Positions 1 to 8,024 of a DNA stretch of 32,421 nt are shown one piece after another. Made by a program: the position numbers and the translations under genes. This DNA is from an uncultured Planctomycetales bacterium (GTDB taxonomy: Bacteria; Planctomycetota; SZUA-567; JAFGNG01), in contig CAZKKD010000002.1 in assembly GCA_964553265.1 (NCBI GenBank), positions 1 through 32,421 on the forward strand. Direction: 5' to 3'. The notes beneath the pieces were generated by a model, which worked only from the letters and a program-made list of their open reading frames with translations, was not told the origin of the DNA and did no database searches. The first letter of the stretch is position 1. Every line of letters starts with the position of its first letter.

Positions 1-885
1 TGCTGATTCCGGAAGTTTGAACTCGCCCGGGCCGGCGTGGAGCTGGATCGAGCGGATGCCGGGCAGGTCCAGCAGGTTGTCCACGTTGTGCTTGTAGTCG
101 CCGCAGCAGTGGATGTGCACCCCGCCGTAGGCCTCCGACAGTTCCGCGTTGTAGGGGAAGGCGAACTCCCGGTACATCTCGGGGCTCAGCATCACCAGCG
201 GCGTGTCGTCGGCGATGCAGATGCCGATGGGCTCGCCGATGCTCGGAAAGTTGCGGCCGGGGTAGGCGGGGTGCTCCATCGCGTCGAACTGCAGGTCCAT
301 CCACGCGCGCGTGGTGTCGGTCACCATGCGGCAGAGCCGGTGGACGCGGTCGGGATCGGTGACGCAGGCCATGAGGAGCTCGCTGGTCCCGACGATCTGC
401 GCCGCCACGCTGAACGGGCTCTGGATGTCGCTCGTCCACATCGGCAGATCGGTCCCGAGGGTGCGCTGGGCGCGGTCGATCCACTCCAGGAGCCGGCGGA
501 TGGTGCTCACCTCCCGCAGCGCGCGGGGGCACAGGCGATCGACAAGCTCGATCCCGCCGGGGAGCGGCGTCGGCGCGATGTCGTCCGGCCGGAAGTGGAG
601 CGGGCAGCCGAAGGCCTCCGGCACCATGGGCACGGTGCAGTAGGTGGTAACGAAGGGCGGCCAGTCGTTCTCTTCGCAGGCGCCCAGCGCTTCGGCCCAG
701 CCGCGCGCGTGCGCCTCCATCGCGTCCAGGTCCTCGAAGCACGCCTGCACGCTCCCGGCCGTCGGGTTCGGGACGCCGGGCTCGACCACCGGCACCTCCG
801 CGCCGGGTGCGCGGGCGTAGGCGTCGCGGAGGCGCCGGTGCGCGGTGCGGATGCGGTCGGACTGCGGATCGAAGGACCAGGCCAT
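1..885 (-). CDS. Uroporphyrinogen decarboxylase (URO-D)/MtaA-like family protein; C-terminal end cut off by the window edge
   Basis: Absent from the ORF track because it has no stop inside the window. Hand translation of the minus strand from ATG at 885-883 reads MAWSFDPQSDRIRTAHRRLRDAYARAPG...PMWTSDIQSPFSVAAQIVGTSELLMACVTDPDRVHRLCRMVTD...GVHIHCCGDYKHNVDNLLDLPGIRSIQLH and stays open to base 1 (295 codons). An AAGGGGA SD-like motif lies just upstream. The listed 37..918 (+) ORF is its Arg/Gly/Ala/Val-rich antisense shadow. Confidence 0.7.
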   Translation of the reverse strand, partial: MAWSFDPQSDRIRTAHRRLRDAYARAPGAEVPVVEPGVPNPTAGSVQACFEDLDAMEAHARGWAEALGACEENDWPPFVTTYCTVPMVPEAFGCPLHFRPDDIAPTPLPGGIELVDRLCPRALREVSTIRRLLEWIDRAQRTLGTDLPMWTSDIQSPFSVAAQIVGTSELLMACVTDPDRVHRLCRMVTDTTRAWMDLQFDAMEHPAYPGRNFPSIGEPIGICIADDTPLVMLSPEMYREFAFPYNAELSEAYGGVHIHCCGDYKHNVDNLLDLPGIRSIQLHAGPGEFKLPESA

Positions 886-962
886 GGGCGCATTCCCCTT
901 GCGCGAAGAGAAGGATGACTGAAGTTATTGTTGGACGCGTCCTTACCGGTGCCGGACCGGTC

Positions 963-2969
963 TCAGGCGTCGAACGCGTCCAGCCGTCCGTCCGTCTCCG
1001 CCGCGGGCCGGCTCCGGAAGACGGGCTCTAGCGCCAGCGCCGCCGGCTTGGGCCGGCCGTGGAAGTCGACGATCGCGGTGTTGGCGGTGCACGGGAAGCT
1101 GTCGTGCCCCATCCAGAGGAGGATGCCGCCCATCGCGGGGAAGCGGTCCTTGCACGCCTGCACCGCCAGGGCCAGCCCGTCGGCCTGCCGCGCCTGGCTC
1201 CAGGCCACGTAGGCCTCCAGGCTCTCCGGTTCGTGGCCTTCCTGCGCCACGAAGGTGGGCCACTCGATCCACCACGAGGTCCGCCGCCAGAGGGGGTTGT
1301 CCCGCGTGCCGGGCAGGAGCGGCAGGTCGCCGGCGTACTCGCGGATGATGTCGGCCGGGCTTGCGCCGGGGGCCCCGGTTTCGCTCCGGAAGAGGCTGTC
1401 GTCGCCCGCCCAGTAGGCGCGCGCCCCCTCCCGCGTCTCGTCGGGCAGCTTCCAGGGGCCGTGCACGTCGTGGTGGATCCCCTTGCCGAAGTCGTCCGCG
1501 TCCGCGATGAACCGCGGCCCCGAGCTCGACGTGGGCAGAAAACGCCGGCCCGGGTCCAGCGCCGCCACCAGGCGCTCCATCGCCGCGATCATCGGGTGCG
1601 TGCCGTCCACCGGCCTGCCGCAGCCCTGCTTGCCACCGTCCAGCGCCCCCTGCAGCTCGTTGCCGCCGCACCAGACGAAGAGCGACGCGTGGTGCTGGCG
1701 GCGCTCGATGTACGAGCGGACGATCTCCTCCATCTCCGCGATGGCGTCCGGGTCCTCGGGGGGCCAGTTGTCGAGCCCGGAGCTGGAGAGCGGGAACTCC
1801 TGCCAGACCAGGAGGCCGCGCTCGTCGCAGGCGTCGTAGAACGCCTCGGTCTCCAGCACCGCGCCGCCCCAGACGCGGAGGGTGTTGCAGCCGAGGTCGC
1901 GGTAGAGCGCCACCCGGCGGACCGTCTCGTCGGCCGGGACGTCGGCGAAGGTGGGCCGCACCGGGGTCCAGTTGACCCCCTGCAGGAAGATGGGCCGGCC
2001 GTTGACCACGCAGATCCACGGCAGCGCGCCCTCCGGCGCATCGACGCACGGGCGCCATTCGATGCGCCGGAACCCGACGCGGCGGCCGGCGCGGTCGCAC
2101 TCGCTTCCGTCGGCGTCGAGCAGGCGGCAGGTGACGGTGTAGAGCGGCTGCGCGCCCTCCCCGTTCGGCCACCAGAGCTCGACGCCCAGGTCGGACCACG
2201 AGATCCCGCCGTCGACGAAGGCGGCGAGGGGTTCGGTCTCTTCGCGTACCACCCGCCCGTCCGCGTCGGCGAGCGTCACCGTCACGCGGTCGCCGCCGGA
2301 GGCGCCCCCGGAGAGCCGCAGCATGCCCGTCCCCGCGGCGGGGTCGGCGTCGGCGCGCACCTCGAGCCGTTCGAAGGCGGGGCCGGCGGTCGTCTCGAGG
2401 ACGAGATCGTCCCAGATCCCGATCTGCACCACGCGGCTGGTCCAGTCCCAGGTGTAGTTGAAGCGCGCCTTCCACTCCGTCATCCGGGAGGTGTAGCCGA
2501 ACTGCCCCAGCCAGCGGGGCGGCTCGAAGAAGACGATCTCCAGCAGGTTGCCGTCCTTCTGGAGACAGGGGGTGAGGTCGAACGCGTGGGGCGTAAAGGT
2601 GCCGCAGAACGCCCCCGCTTCCCCGCCGTTGACGCGCACCACACCCTCGTAGTCGAGGCCGTAGCAGCGGAGCACGCACCGCGCCCCCCCGGCGTCCGCC
2701 AGCCACGCGTCGGGCAGCCGCGCCTGGAAGACCCAGTGCCGGTGCTCCACCCATTCGCAGGCGCGGGCGTCGAGGCCCACATACCAGTCGGGCAGGAGAT
2801 CCGCCTCGCGGAGCGCACGCTGCACCGAACCGGGCACGGTCGCCGGGACGCAGGGGATCTCGCTCTCGGTCTCCACGCCGAGCTCGATGCTGCGGGCGCG
2901 CCGCCACATGTGCGGCAGGAAACCGGCCAGCTTCCATTCCAGTTCGCTTAAACTGTGGGATGTCTTCAT
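963..2969 (-). CDS. Glycoside hydrolase family 2, beta-mannosidase-like (668 aa), no signal peptide
   Basis: Frame of ORF 963..3005 (-). The start is placed at MKTSHSLSELEWKLAG (ATG 2969-2967), which overlaps the upstream stop as ATGA. GH2-like landmarks: WxxxVPGSVQRAL...LPDWYVG N-terminus, GLDYEGVVRVNG sugar-binding region, NTLRVWGGAVLETEAFYDACDERGLLVWQEFP, acid/base-type CGGNELQ and nucleophile-type FRSETG. Confidence 0.85.
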   Translation of the reverse strand: MKTSHSLSELEWKLAGFLPHMWRRARSIELGVETESEIPCVPATVPGSVQRALREADLLPDWYVGLDARACEWVEHRHWVFQARLPDAWLADAGGARCVLRCYGLDYEGVVRVNGGEAGAFCGTFTPHAFDLTPCLQKDGNLLEIVFFEPPRWLGQFGYTSRMTEWKARFNYTWDWTSRVVQIGIWDDLVLETTAGPAFERLEVRADADPAAGTGMLRLSGGASGGDRVTVTLADADGRVVREETEPLAAFVDGGISWSDLGVELWWPNGEGAQPLYTVTCRLLDADGSECDRAGRRVGFRRIEWRPCVDAPEGALPWICVVNGRPIFLQGVNWTPVRPTFADVPADETVRRVALYRDLGCNTLRVWGGAVLETEAFYDACDERGLLVWQEFPLSSSGLDNWPPEDPDAIAEMEEIVRSYIERRQHHASLFVWCGGNELQGALDGGKQGCGRPVDGTHPMIAAMERLVAALDPGRRFLPTSSSGPRFIADADDFGKGIHHDVHGPWKLPDETREGARAYWAGDDSLFRSETGAPGASPADIIREYAGDLPLLPGTRDNPLWRRTSWWIEWPTFVAQEGHEPESLEAYVAWSQARQADGLALAVQACKDRFPAMGGILLWMGHDSFPCTANTAIVDFHGRPKPAALALEPVFRSRPAAETDGRLDAFDA

Positions 2970-4015
2970 GATGCGCTCCGTGCTTCGGCGTGGACCCGGT
3001 CCCACTCGTCGAAGATGGCGAGGGCGACGTCGGGATTGGAACCGGGCGAGAGTTCGAACTGCGCGATGATGCCGCCGGCGGGGTCGTACAGGTGCTGCGC
3101 CACCTTGCGCACCGCGTCACGGCCCACCTGCGGGTCGGCCGCCGGCAACACGTGCTGGCGGTCGATCTCGCCCCAGAAGGTGAGTTTTCCCTTGGCCTTG
3201 CGGGCGAGCTCGTCCATGTCCATGCAGAAGAGCTGGCTGTTGAGCGCGTCGACGCCGACCTCCACCAGGTCCTCGTAGACCTCGCTGATGTGCCCGTCGG
3301 AATGCATGAAGATCGCCTTCCCGTGGGCGTGGGCCAGCTCGCAGTAGTCCCGGTAGAGCGGCTTGAAGAGCTCGCGCCAGGACGTCGGCGGAATCAGCAG
3401 CTGCGTCTGCGAACCCCAGTCGTCCATGAAGCAGACCGAATCGACATCCGTCGTCACCCAGAACTCCAGCTCCCGCAGGTAGAACGCATGGATCGCCGCC
3501 AGGACGTCGGCCATCCCCTCCTCCGGCATCATGACGTCCACCATCGCTTCTTCGGTGCCGCGGAGGAACTGGTAGCGCTCCCACGGCCGGGGACAGCATC
3601 CGCCGCGCATGTAGAGGTCGCTCTCGGCGCACGCGCGGTTGACCGCGTCCCGCGCCGCGTCCGGGTCCGCCGGCAGCGTCTCGACCGGCGGGCGGACCAC
3701 GTCCTGCCAGGCGTCGAGGTCCTTCAGGATCGGGTCGCGCACCTCGCCGATGACGCCGCGCTGCAGATTGGTAAAGACGCACCCCCACTCGTCGACATAC
3801 GTGCCCACCGCATGCTGTTCACCACTCTGACGTGAACTGGGCGCATACACCAGCGGCGGAAAGCCCACGTCGGCGGGATAGCGCTCCCGGAGTTCGCGCA
3901 GCGCTTCGCCCAGGTGCTCCTCCGCCCAGGGCAGCGCCCACAGTTCGCGCGGCAACCGCTCCGGATGCTCGAATGCAAGACACTGACGCACTATCTCCCG
4001 CGGGGTTGCCGCCAT
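2966..4015 (-). CDS. URO-D/MtaA-like family protein (349 aa)
   Basis: Frame of ORF 2966..4405 (-). The realistic start is MAATPREIVRQCLAFEHPERLP (ATG 4015-4013), with AGGAGA 6 nt upstream; the upstream 130 codons are Arg/Gly junk. The sequence (PRPWERYQFLRGTEEAMVDVMMPEEGMADVL..., FMDDWGSQTQLLIPP..., AIFMHSDGHISEVYEDLVEVGVDALNSQ) resembles the (beta/alpha)8 URO-D / methylcobamide methyltransferase fold family. Confidence 0.75.
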   Translation of the reverse strand: MAATPREIVRQCLAFEHPERLPRELWALPWAEEHLGEALRELRERYPADVGFPPLVYAPSSRQSGEQHAVGTYVDEWGCVFTNLQRGVIGEVRDPILKDLDAWQDVVRPPVETLPADPDAARDAVNRACAESDLYMRGGCCPRPWERYQFLRGTEEAMVDVMMPEEGMADVLAAIHAFYLRELEFWVTTDVDSVCFMDDWGSQTQLLIPPTSWRELFKPLYRDYCELAHAHGKAIFMHSDGHISEVYEDLVEVGVDALNSQLFCMDMDELARKAKGKLTFWGEIDRQHVLPAADPQVGRDAVRKVAQHLYDPAGGIIAQFELSPGSNPDVALAIFDEWDRVHAEARSAS

Positions 4016-4280
4016 GCCGTTCTCCTTCTGCTTTCGGCCCGTTGTCGTTGTGCGGATCCGCCGCCGCCCGGCGCGCGCACACCGCGGGGCCGCACCCCGG
4101 CGAACCGTGCGCCCGTTATCCGCCTCCGTACAGCCGCTGTCAAGAATGCTATCAGAATTTCCTGGCGCGCCGGTGGTCTCGCGTGCACCCGCGCGTACCC
4201 GCCATGCGTCCCACCCCTGTTTCCCCCCGTCCCGGGCCCGTCCGACCCCGGTCCAGCAGCGGTCCGACCCGCCTGCACGC

Positions 4281-4308
4281 TTGCAAAAGGCTGGCGCTGC
4301 GGTACAGT
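4281..4308 (+). promoter_or_regulatory. Candidate sigma70-type promoter for the GH3 gene
   Basis: TTGCAA (4281-4286), a 16-nt spacer, then TACAGT (4303-4308), inside the 404-bp divergent intergenic region. Motif match only. Confidence 0.2.
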
Positions 4309-4419
4309 CTCTCCGTTGGCCCCGAGGGACCGGGCCGGCCCCGCGCCGGCGGCGCCGCCCCCGCGGGCGCCCGGGACAGCGCCCGCGCCACCCGCGCCCC
4401 CGCAAAGGGAGACCATGCC

Positions 4420-6597
4420 ATGACGACGGACGCAGCCCCGCGCTTTCGCGACGCCTCCCTCCCCGCCGGGGAGCGGGCGAAGGACCTGGTCGACCGGCTG
4501 ACCCTGAACGAGAAGATCAGCCAGACCCTCTACACCGCGCCGGCCATCCCCCGGCTCGACATCCCCGAGTACAACTGGTGGAACGAGTGCCTCCACGGGG
4601 TGGCGCGCGCCGGCGTGGCGACCGTCTTTCCCCAGGCCATCGGCATGGCCGCGACCTGGAACGACGATCTCCTCCGCCAGGCGGCCGACTGCATCGCCAC
4701 CGAGGGCCGCGCCCGCCACCACGAGGCCGCCCGCCGCGGCGACCGCAACATCTACAAGGGCCTCACCTACTGGACCCCGAACATCAACATCTTCCGCGAT
4801 CCCCGCTGGGGCCGCGGGCACGAGACCTACGGCGAATGCCCCTTCCTCACCGCGCGGATGGGCGTCGCGTTCGTCAAGGGCCTCCAGGGCGACGACCCGA
4901 AATACATGAAGGCCGCCGCCTGCGCCAAGCACTACGCCGTCCACAGCGGCCCCGAGGTGGGGCGCCACAGCTTCGACAGCCAGTGCTCGGAAAAGGACCT
5001 GTGGGAAACCTACCTCCCCGCCTTCCACGCGCTCGTGCGCGAGGCCGGCGTCGCCGGCGTGATGGGCGCGTACAACCGCACCAACGGCGAACCGTGCTGC
5101 GCCAGCAAGACGCTGGGCCAGGAGATCCTCCGCAAGCAGTGGGGCTTCACCGGTTACTTCGTCTCCGACTGCGGCGCCATCCAGGACATCCACGCCCACC
5201 ACGGCTACACCGCCAACGGCGCCGAATCCGCCGCGCTCGCCATCCGGCTGGGCTGCGACCTCAACTGCGGGAGCGTCTACAAGGACCTTGTCATCGCCAC
5301 CACGCTCGGGCTCGTTTCCGAGGCGGAGATCGACGTCGCGGTCGAGCGCCTCTTCACCATCCGCTTCCGCCTGGGCCTGCTGGACGATCCGGAAAGCTAT
5401 ACCTACGGCCGGACCCCGTACGAGGTGAACGACTGCGAGGCCCATCACACGCTCAGCCTGGAGATGAGCCGGCAGTCGCTGGTGCTGCTGAAGAACGTCG
5501 ACGGACGCCTGCCGCTGCCGAAGAACCCGGGCTCCATCGCCGTGGTCGGCCCGACGGCGGCCGACGAGGACGTGCTGGTGGGCAACTACTTCGGCACCCC
5601 GTCGCAACGGGTCACCATCCTCGACGGCATCCGCCGGGCGGTGAGCCCGGAGACGACGGTCCGGTACGCCCAGGGGAGCGACCTTTTCGACGGGCAGACC
5701 CCGAACTGGGCCAACGACCCCGATCCGTGCCTGGCCGAGGGGCTGGCGGCGGTGGAGCGCGCGGACCTGACCGTGCTCTGCCTGGGGCTCTCCCCGCGCC
5801 TGGAAGGCGAGGAAGGGGACGTGGCCAACTCCGACGGCGGCGGCGACCGCCGCAGCATCCGCCTGCCGCGCTGCCAGGATCGGCTGCTCCGCGCCGTGGT
5901 GGCCACGGGCAAGCCGGTGGTGCTGGTCCTCACCGGCGGCAGCGCCCTGGCGCTCGGCGCGGTCGAGGCCGACCTGCCCGCCATCCTCATGGCCTGGTAC
6001 CCCGGCCAGTTCGGCGGCCGGGCGGTGGCCGAGGCGCTCTTCGGCGAGGTCAACCCGGCGGGGCGGCTGCCGGTGACGTTCTACCGCGACGACGATCAGC
6101 TCCCGCACTTCCACGACTACGCGATGACGAACCGCACCTACCGCTACTTCCGGGGCGAGCCGCTGTATCCGTTCGGCTACGGGCTCTCCTACACGCGCTT
6201 TGCCTACGAAGATCTCCAGCTCGGCGCGGAGACCCTGGCGGCGGGCGAGCCGCTCACCGTCCGGGCCCGGGTCACCAACACCGGCGACCGCGCCGGCGAC
6301 GAGGTGGCGCAGCTCTACCTCCGCGACCTCGAATCCTCCACCGAGCGCCCCGTCCACGACCTCCGCGGGTTCCGGCGCGTGCGGCTGAAGCCGGGCGAGA
6401 GCGCCGACCTGGAATTCGTCCTCAAGCCGCGCGACCTGGCGCTCGTCGACGACCAGGGACACTGCCGCATCGAAGCCGGGACGTTCCGCGTCTTCGTCGG
6501 CGGCCGCCAGCCGGACGCCCGCAGCGCCGCCCTGGCCGGCGCCGACGTCCTGGAGGCCGACTTCACCGTCACCGGCGAGGCCGCCCTGGAGCCGTAG
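4420..6597 (+). CDS. Glycoside hydrolase family 3 (beta-glucosidase/beta-xylosidase-like, 725 aa) with a C-terminal Fn3-like domain
   Basis: Frame of ORF 3832..6597 (+). The start is placed at MTTDAAPRFRD (ATG 4420), with AGGGAGA about 8 nt upstream. Landmarks: LTLNEKISQ, YNWWNECLHGVARAG, KHYAVHSGPE, nucleophile-type GYFVSDCGAI, and an Fn3-like tail EVAQLYLRDLESSTERPVHDLRGFRRVRLKPGES. The stop is TAG. Confidence 0.88.
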   Translation: MTTDAAPRFRDASLPAGERAKDLVDRLTLNEKISQTLYTAPAIPRLDIPEYNWWNECLHGVARAGVATVFPQAIGMAATWNDDLLRQAADCIATEGRARHHEAARRGDRNIYKGLTYWTPNINIFRDPRWGRGHETYGECPFLTARMGVAFVKGLQGDDPKYMKAAACAKHYAVHSGPEVGRHSFDSQCSEKDLWETYLPAFHALVREAGVAGVMGAYNRTNGEPCCASKTLGQEILRKQWGFTGYFVSDCGAIQDIHAHHGYTANGAESAALAIRLGCDLNCGSVYKDLVIATTLGLVSEAEIDVAVERLFTIRFRLGLLDDPESYTYGRTPYEVNDCEAHHTLSLEMSRQSLVLLKNVDGRLPLPKNPGSIAVVGPTAADEDVLVGNYFGTPSQRVTILDGIRRAVSPETTVRYAQGSDLFDGQTPNWANDPDPCLAEGLAAVERADLTVLCLGLSPRLEGEEGDVANSDGGGDRRSIRLPRCQDRLLRAVVATGKPVVLVLTGGSALALGAVEADLPAILMAWYPGQFGGRAVAEALFGEVNPAGRLPVTFYRDDDQLPHFHDYAMTNRTYRYFRGEPLYPFGYGLSYTRFAYEDLQLGAETLAAGEPLTVRARVTNTGDRAGDEVAQLYLRDLESSTERPVHDLRGFRRVRLKPGESADLEFVLKPRDLALVDDQGHCRIEAGTFRVFVGGRQPDARSAALAGADVLEADFTVTGEAALEP

Positions 6598-6738
6598 GGT
6601 AGAGGGGCATCGCCAAAAAAGCAGAAAAGACACCAAATGTATCTTGACGGAAATCAGTGCCCAACACAAAATCAATGAGGCTGAACGACGTCGCGCACTG
6701 GGAATACGCGTCTTTCTGCCGAAATCCGGACTTTTTTC

Positions 6739-6766
6739 TTGCAATGATTATATCTTGAGGTAATTT
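6739..6766 (+). promoter_or_regulatory. Candidate promoter for the islet-1 toxin-antitoxin operon
   Basis: TTGCAA (6739-6744), a 16-nt spacer, then TAATTT (6761-6766), in an AT-rich stretch about 80 nt upstream of the toxin start. Confidence 0.25.
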
Positions 6767-6844
6767 CCCTGATGGCGAAACCAAGGGTCCGGCATTGCTG
6801 AATACGCTTCGCAAGGCGGAACCGACCTTTACGCTACCGATGAG

Positions 6845-7213
6845 GTGCTCTGCCTTCTATTCGAAGCGAAATGCAAAAAGGTGAAGGGCATTTCGGACAA
6901 GCGTCACCGCAAGCAGATTCGTCAGCGACTGCTCAAGAGATGCGAAGGGGGACTGCTCAATTACCTTGGCAGCGGGAAAGACCGGGCAGGGGCTTTTGTG
7001 GTCCGGGAGCACGGTCGCGGATACGCACTCCGGTTCCTGGATTACAAGGTGCGCATTGCCGGATTCTTCACCAGCGACAACACGACATTCGTCGCCATCG
7101 ACTGGTTCAAAAAGGAACAAGACCGCAACAGCGAGGCGCAAAACGCTCTATATCGGCGGGCTGACGATCTGGCGAAAAGCGGAGAGTATGAGGAGTTGAG
7201 TCATGGCCATTGA
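6845..7213 (+). CDS. RelE/ParE-superfamily toxin, HigB/phage Gp49-like (122 aa, GTG start)
   Basis: ORF 6845..7213. The C-terminal core YALRFLDYKVRIAGFFTSDNTTFVAIDWFKKEQDRNSEAQNALYRRADDL matches the Gp49/HigB pattern (R-I-x-Y/F-F...-hG/W-F-K-K-x-Q-K...A). It lies upstream of, and overlaps by 11 nt, an XRE-HTH gene. The start is uncertain (GTG 6845 or GTG 6881). Confidence 0.7.
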   Translation: MLCLLFEAKCKKVKGISDKRHRKQIRQRLLKRCEGGLLNYLGSGKDRAGAFVVREHGRGYALRFLDYKVRIAGFFTSDNTTFVAIDWFKKEQDRNSEAQNALYRRADDLAKSGEYEELSHGH

Positions 7214-7691
7214 CCCCGAACTGGCGGCAGAGCTCGAAGAGACGGAAGGCACAGACATCGACGTCCTGGTCACGCTGCAAGATGACCTTGCCCGATGCCT
7301 TCTCACATACCTCAAGGCGAAGGGAATGACCCAGAAGGAACTGGCAAAGGAATCCGGCCTGACGGAGAAGCAAGTCAGTTGGATGGTCAACTCTAGCGGC
7401 AACTTCGAAATGGAGACCATTGCAAAGGTATTGGCCGGACTTGACCTGATGCCCGTCTTCGACGCCGTTCCGCGCGCACAGTACAAAAGCAGGGGCGCCT
7501 TTGTGGCATCCGATTGCCATGCAGGCAGCCCTTTCGGTACGATCAATGGCTTCAAAACGGCAACGGAATCCGCATCCCTGACTCCTTCCGCTTCCTCGGC
7601 CAGCATGCCCCTTGGCTCCGTTGTCGTAGGGGACAGTCTTCTCTCACAGAAAGCCCGCCCAAACCGATCCTCCCAAGGGACTGCAGCATAA
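7203..7691 (+). CDS. XRE-family HTH antitoxin (HigA-like, 162 aa) with a C-terminal extension of about 75 aa
   Basis: Classic HTH GMTQKELAKESGLTEKQVSWMVNSSGNFEMETIAKVLAGLDL. AGGAG lies 7 nt upstream of the ATG. A long Ser-rich tail follows the HTH and contains the FVASD motif. Confidence 0.8.
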   Translation: MAIDPELAAELEETEGTDIDVLVTLQDDLARCLLTYLKAKGMTQKELAKESGLTEKQVSWMVNSSGNFEMETIAKVLAGLDLMPVFDAVPRAQYKSRGAFVASDCHAGSPFGTINGFKTATESASLTPSASSASMPLGSVVVGDSLLSQKARPNRSSQGTAA

Positions 7692-7703
7692 GGAGCATGG
7701 AGC

Positions 7704-8018
7704 ATGGCAAAGCGAACGAAAGCAGGCCGCACACCGAAGGGTGACGCTTCATCAACGGAGCAACCCGAGAACCAACAAGCGCTTTTTGTAGACCCGACCC
7801 TGAAAACCCTCTTCTGCGACAATGTGAATTTCGCACTCCATGGCGATGGCCTCGTTCTCCTTCATGTTTTCAGCAAGCTCCCGGTAGGGGCAATGGAGCA
7901 GGCTCGACTCATGGTAACCCGGGATCACGCAAAACGGATCGTCCTTGCATTGTGCAAGACACTGGACTACCACCCGGAGCGAGAAGAGATTGATGCCTAC
8001 TCGAAGACGTTCGAATGA
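7704..8018 (+). CDS. Small protein (104 aa), DUF3467-like by motif; third gene of the islet-1 module
   Basis: AAGGAG lies 8 nt upstream, and the start is 12 nt after the antitoxin stop. LFCDNVNFALHGDGLVLLHVFSKLP...ARLMVTRDHAKRIVLALCKTLDYH resembles the DUF3467 pattern as I recall it (YaN.v.v.hs..EfvLdF....p...a.v..Rivm.P.hAKrll.aL..nl..YE). The family call is from memory. Confidence 0.6.
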   Translation: MAKRTKAGRTPKGDASSTEQPENQQALFVDPTLKTLFCDNVNFALHGDGLVLLHVFSKLPVGAMEQARLMVTRDHAKRIVLALCKTLDYHPEREEIDAYSKTFE

Positions 8019-8024
8019 GCCCCC

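Noticed and set aside
37-918. A 293-aa plus-strand ORF at the left edge. Related cases are 943..3120 (-) at 725 aa and 1059..2951 (+) at 630 aa
   Set aside because: They are shadows of the URO-D-like partial gene (minus strand, open to base 1) and of the GH2 gene. They have no motifs and an implausible composition.
3832-4419. Long N-terminal extensions offered by the ORF track (GH3 from 3832, the URO-D-like gene to 4405, argG from 10958, the giant from 18367, the 534-aa TPR from 25776, the GT4 to 9215, rluA to 10678)
   Set aside because: The extensions are Arg/Pro/Gly-rich and lack an RBS. Some overlap other features (the argG extension would cover tRNA-Ser; the 25776 extension overlaps the giant gene). 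Internal ATG or GTG codons with SD motifs coincide with where family homology or the signal peptide begins.
7148-7822. A 224-aa minus-strand ORF across islet 1
   Set aside because: It is antisense to an unmistakable XRE HTH gene and to the RBS-equipped 104-aa gene. It has no RBS or motifs.
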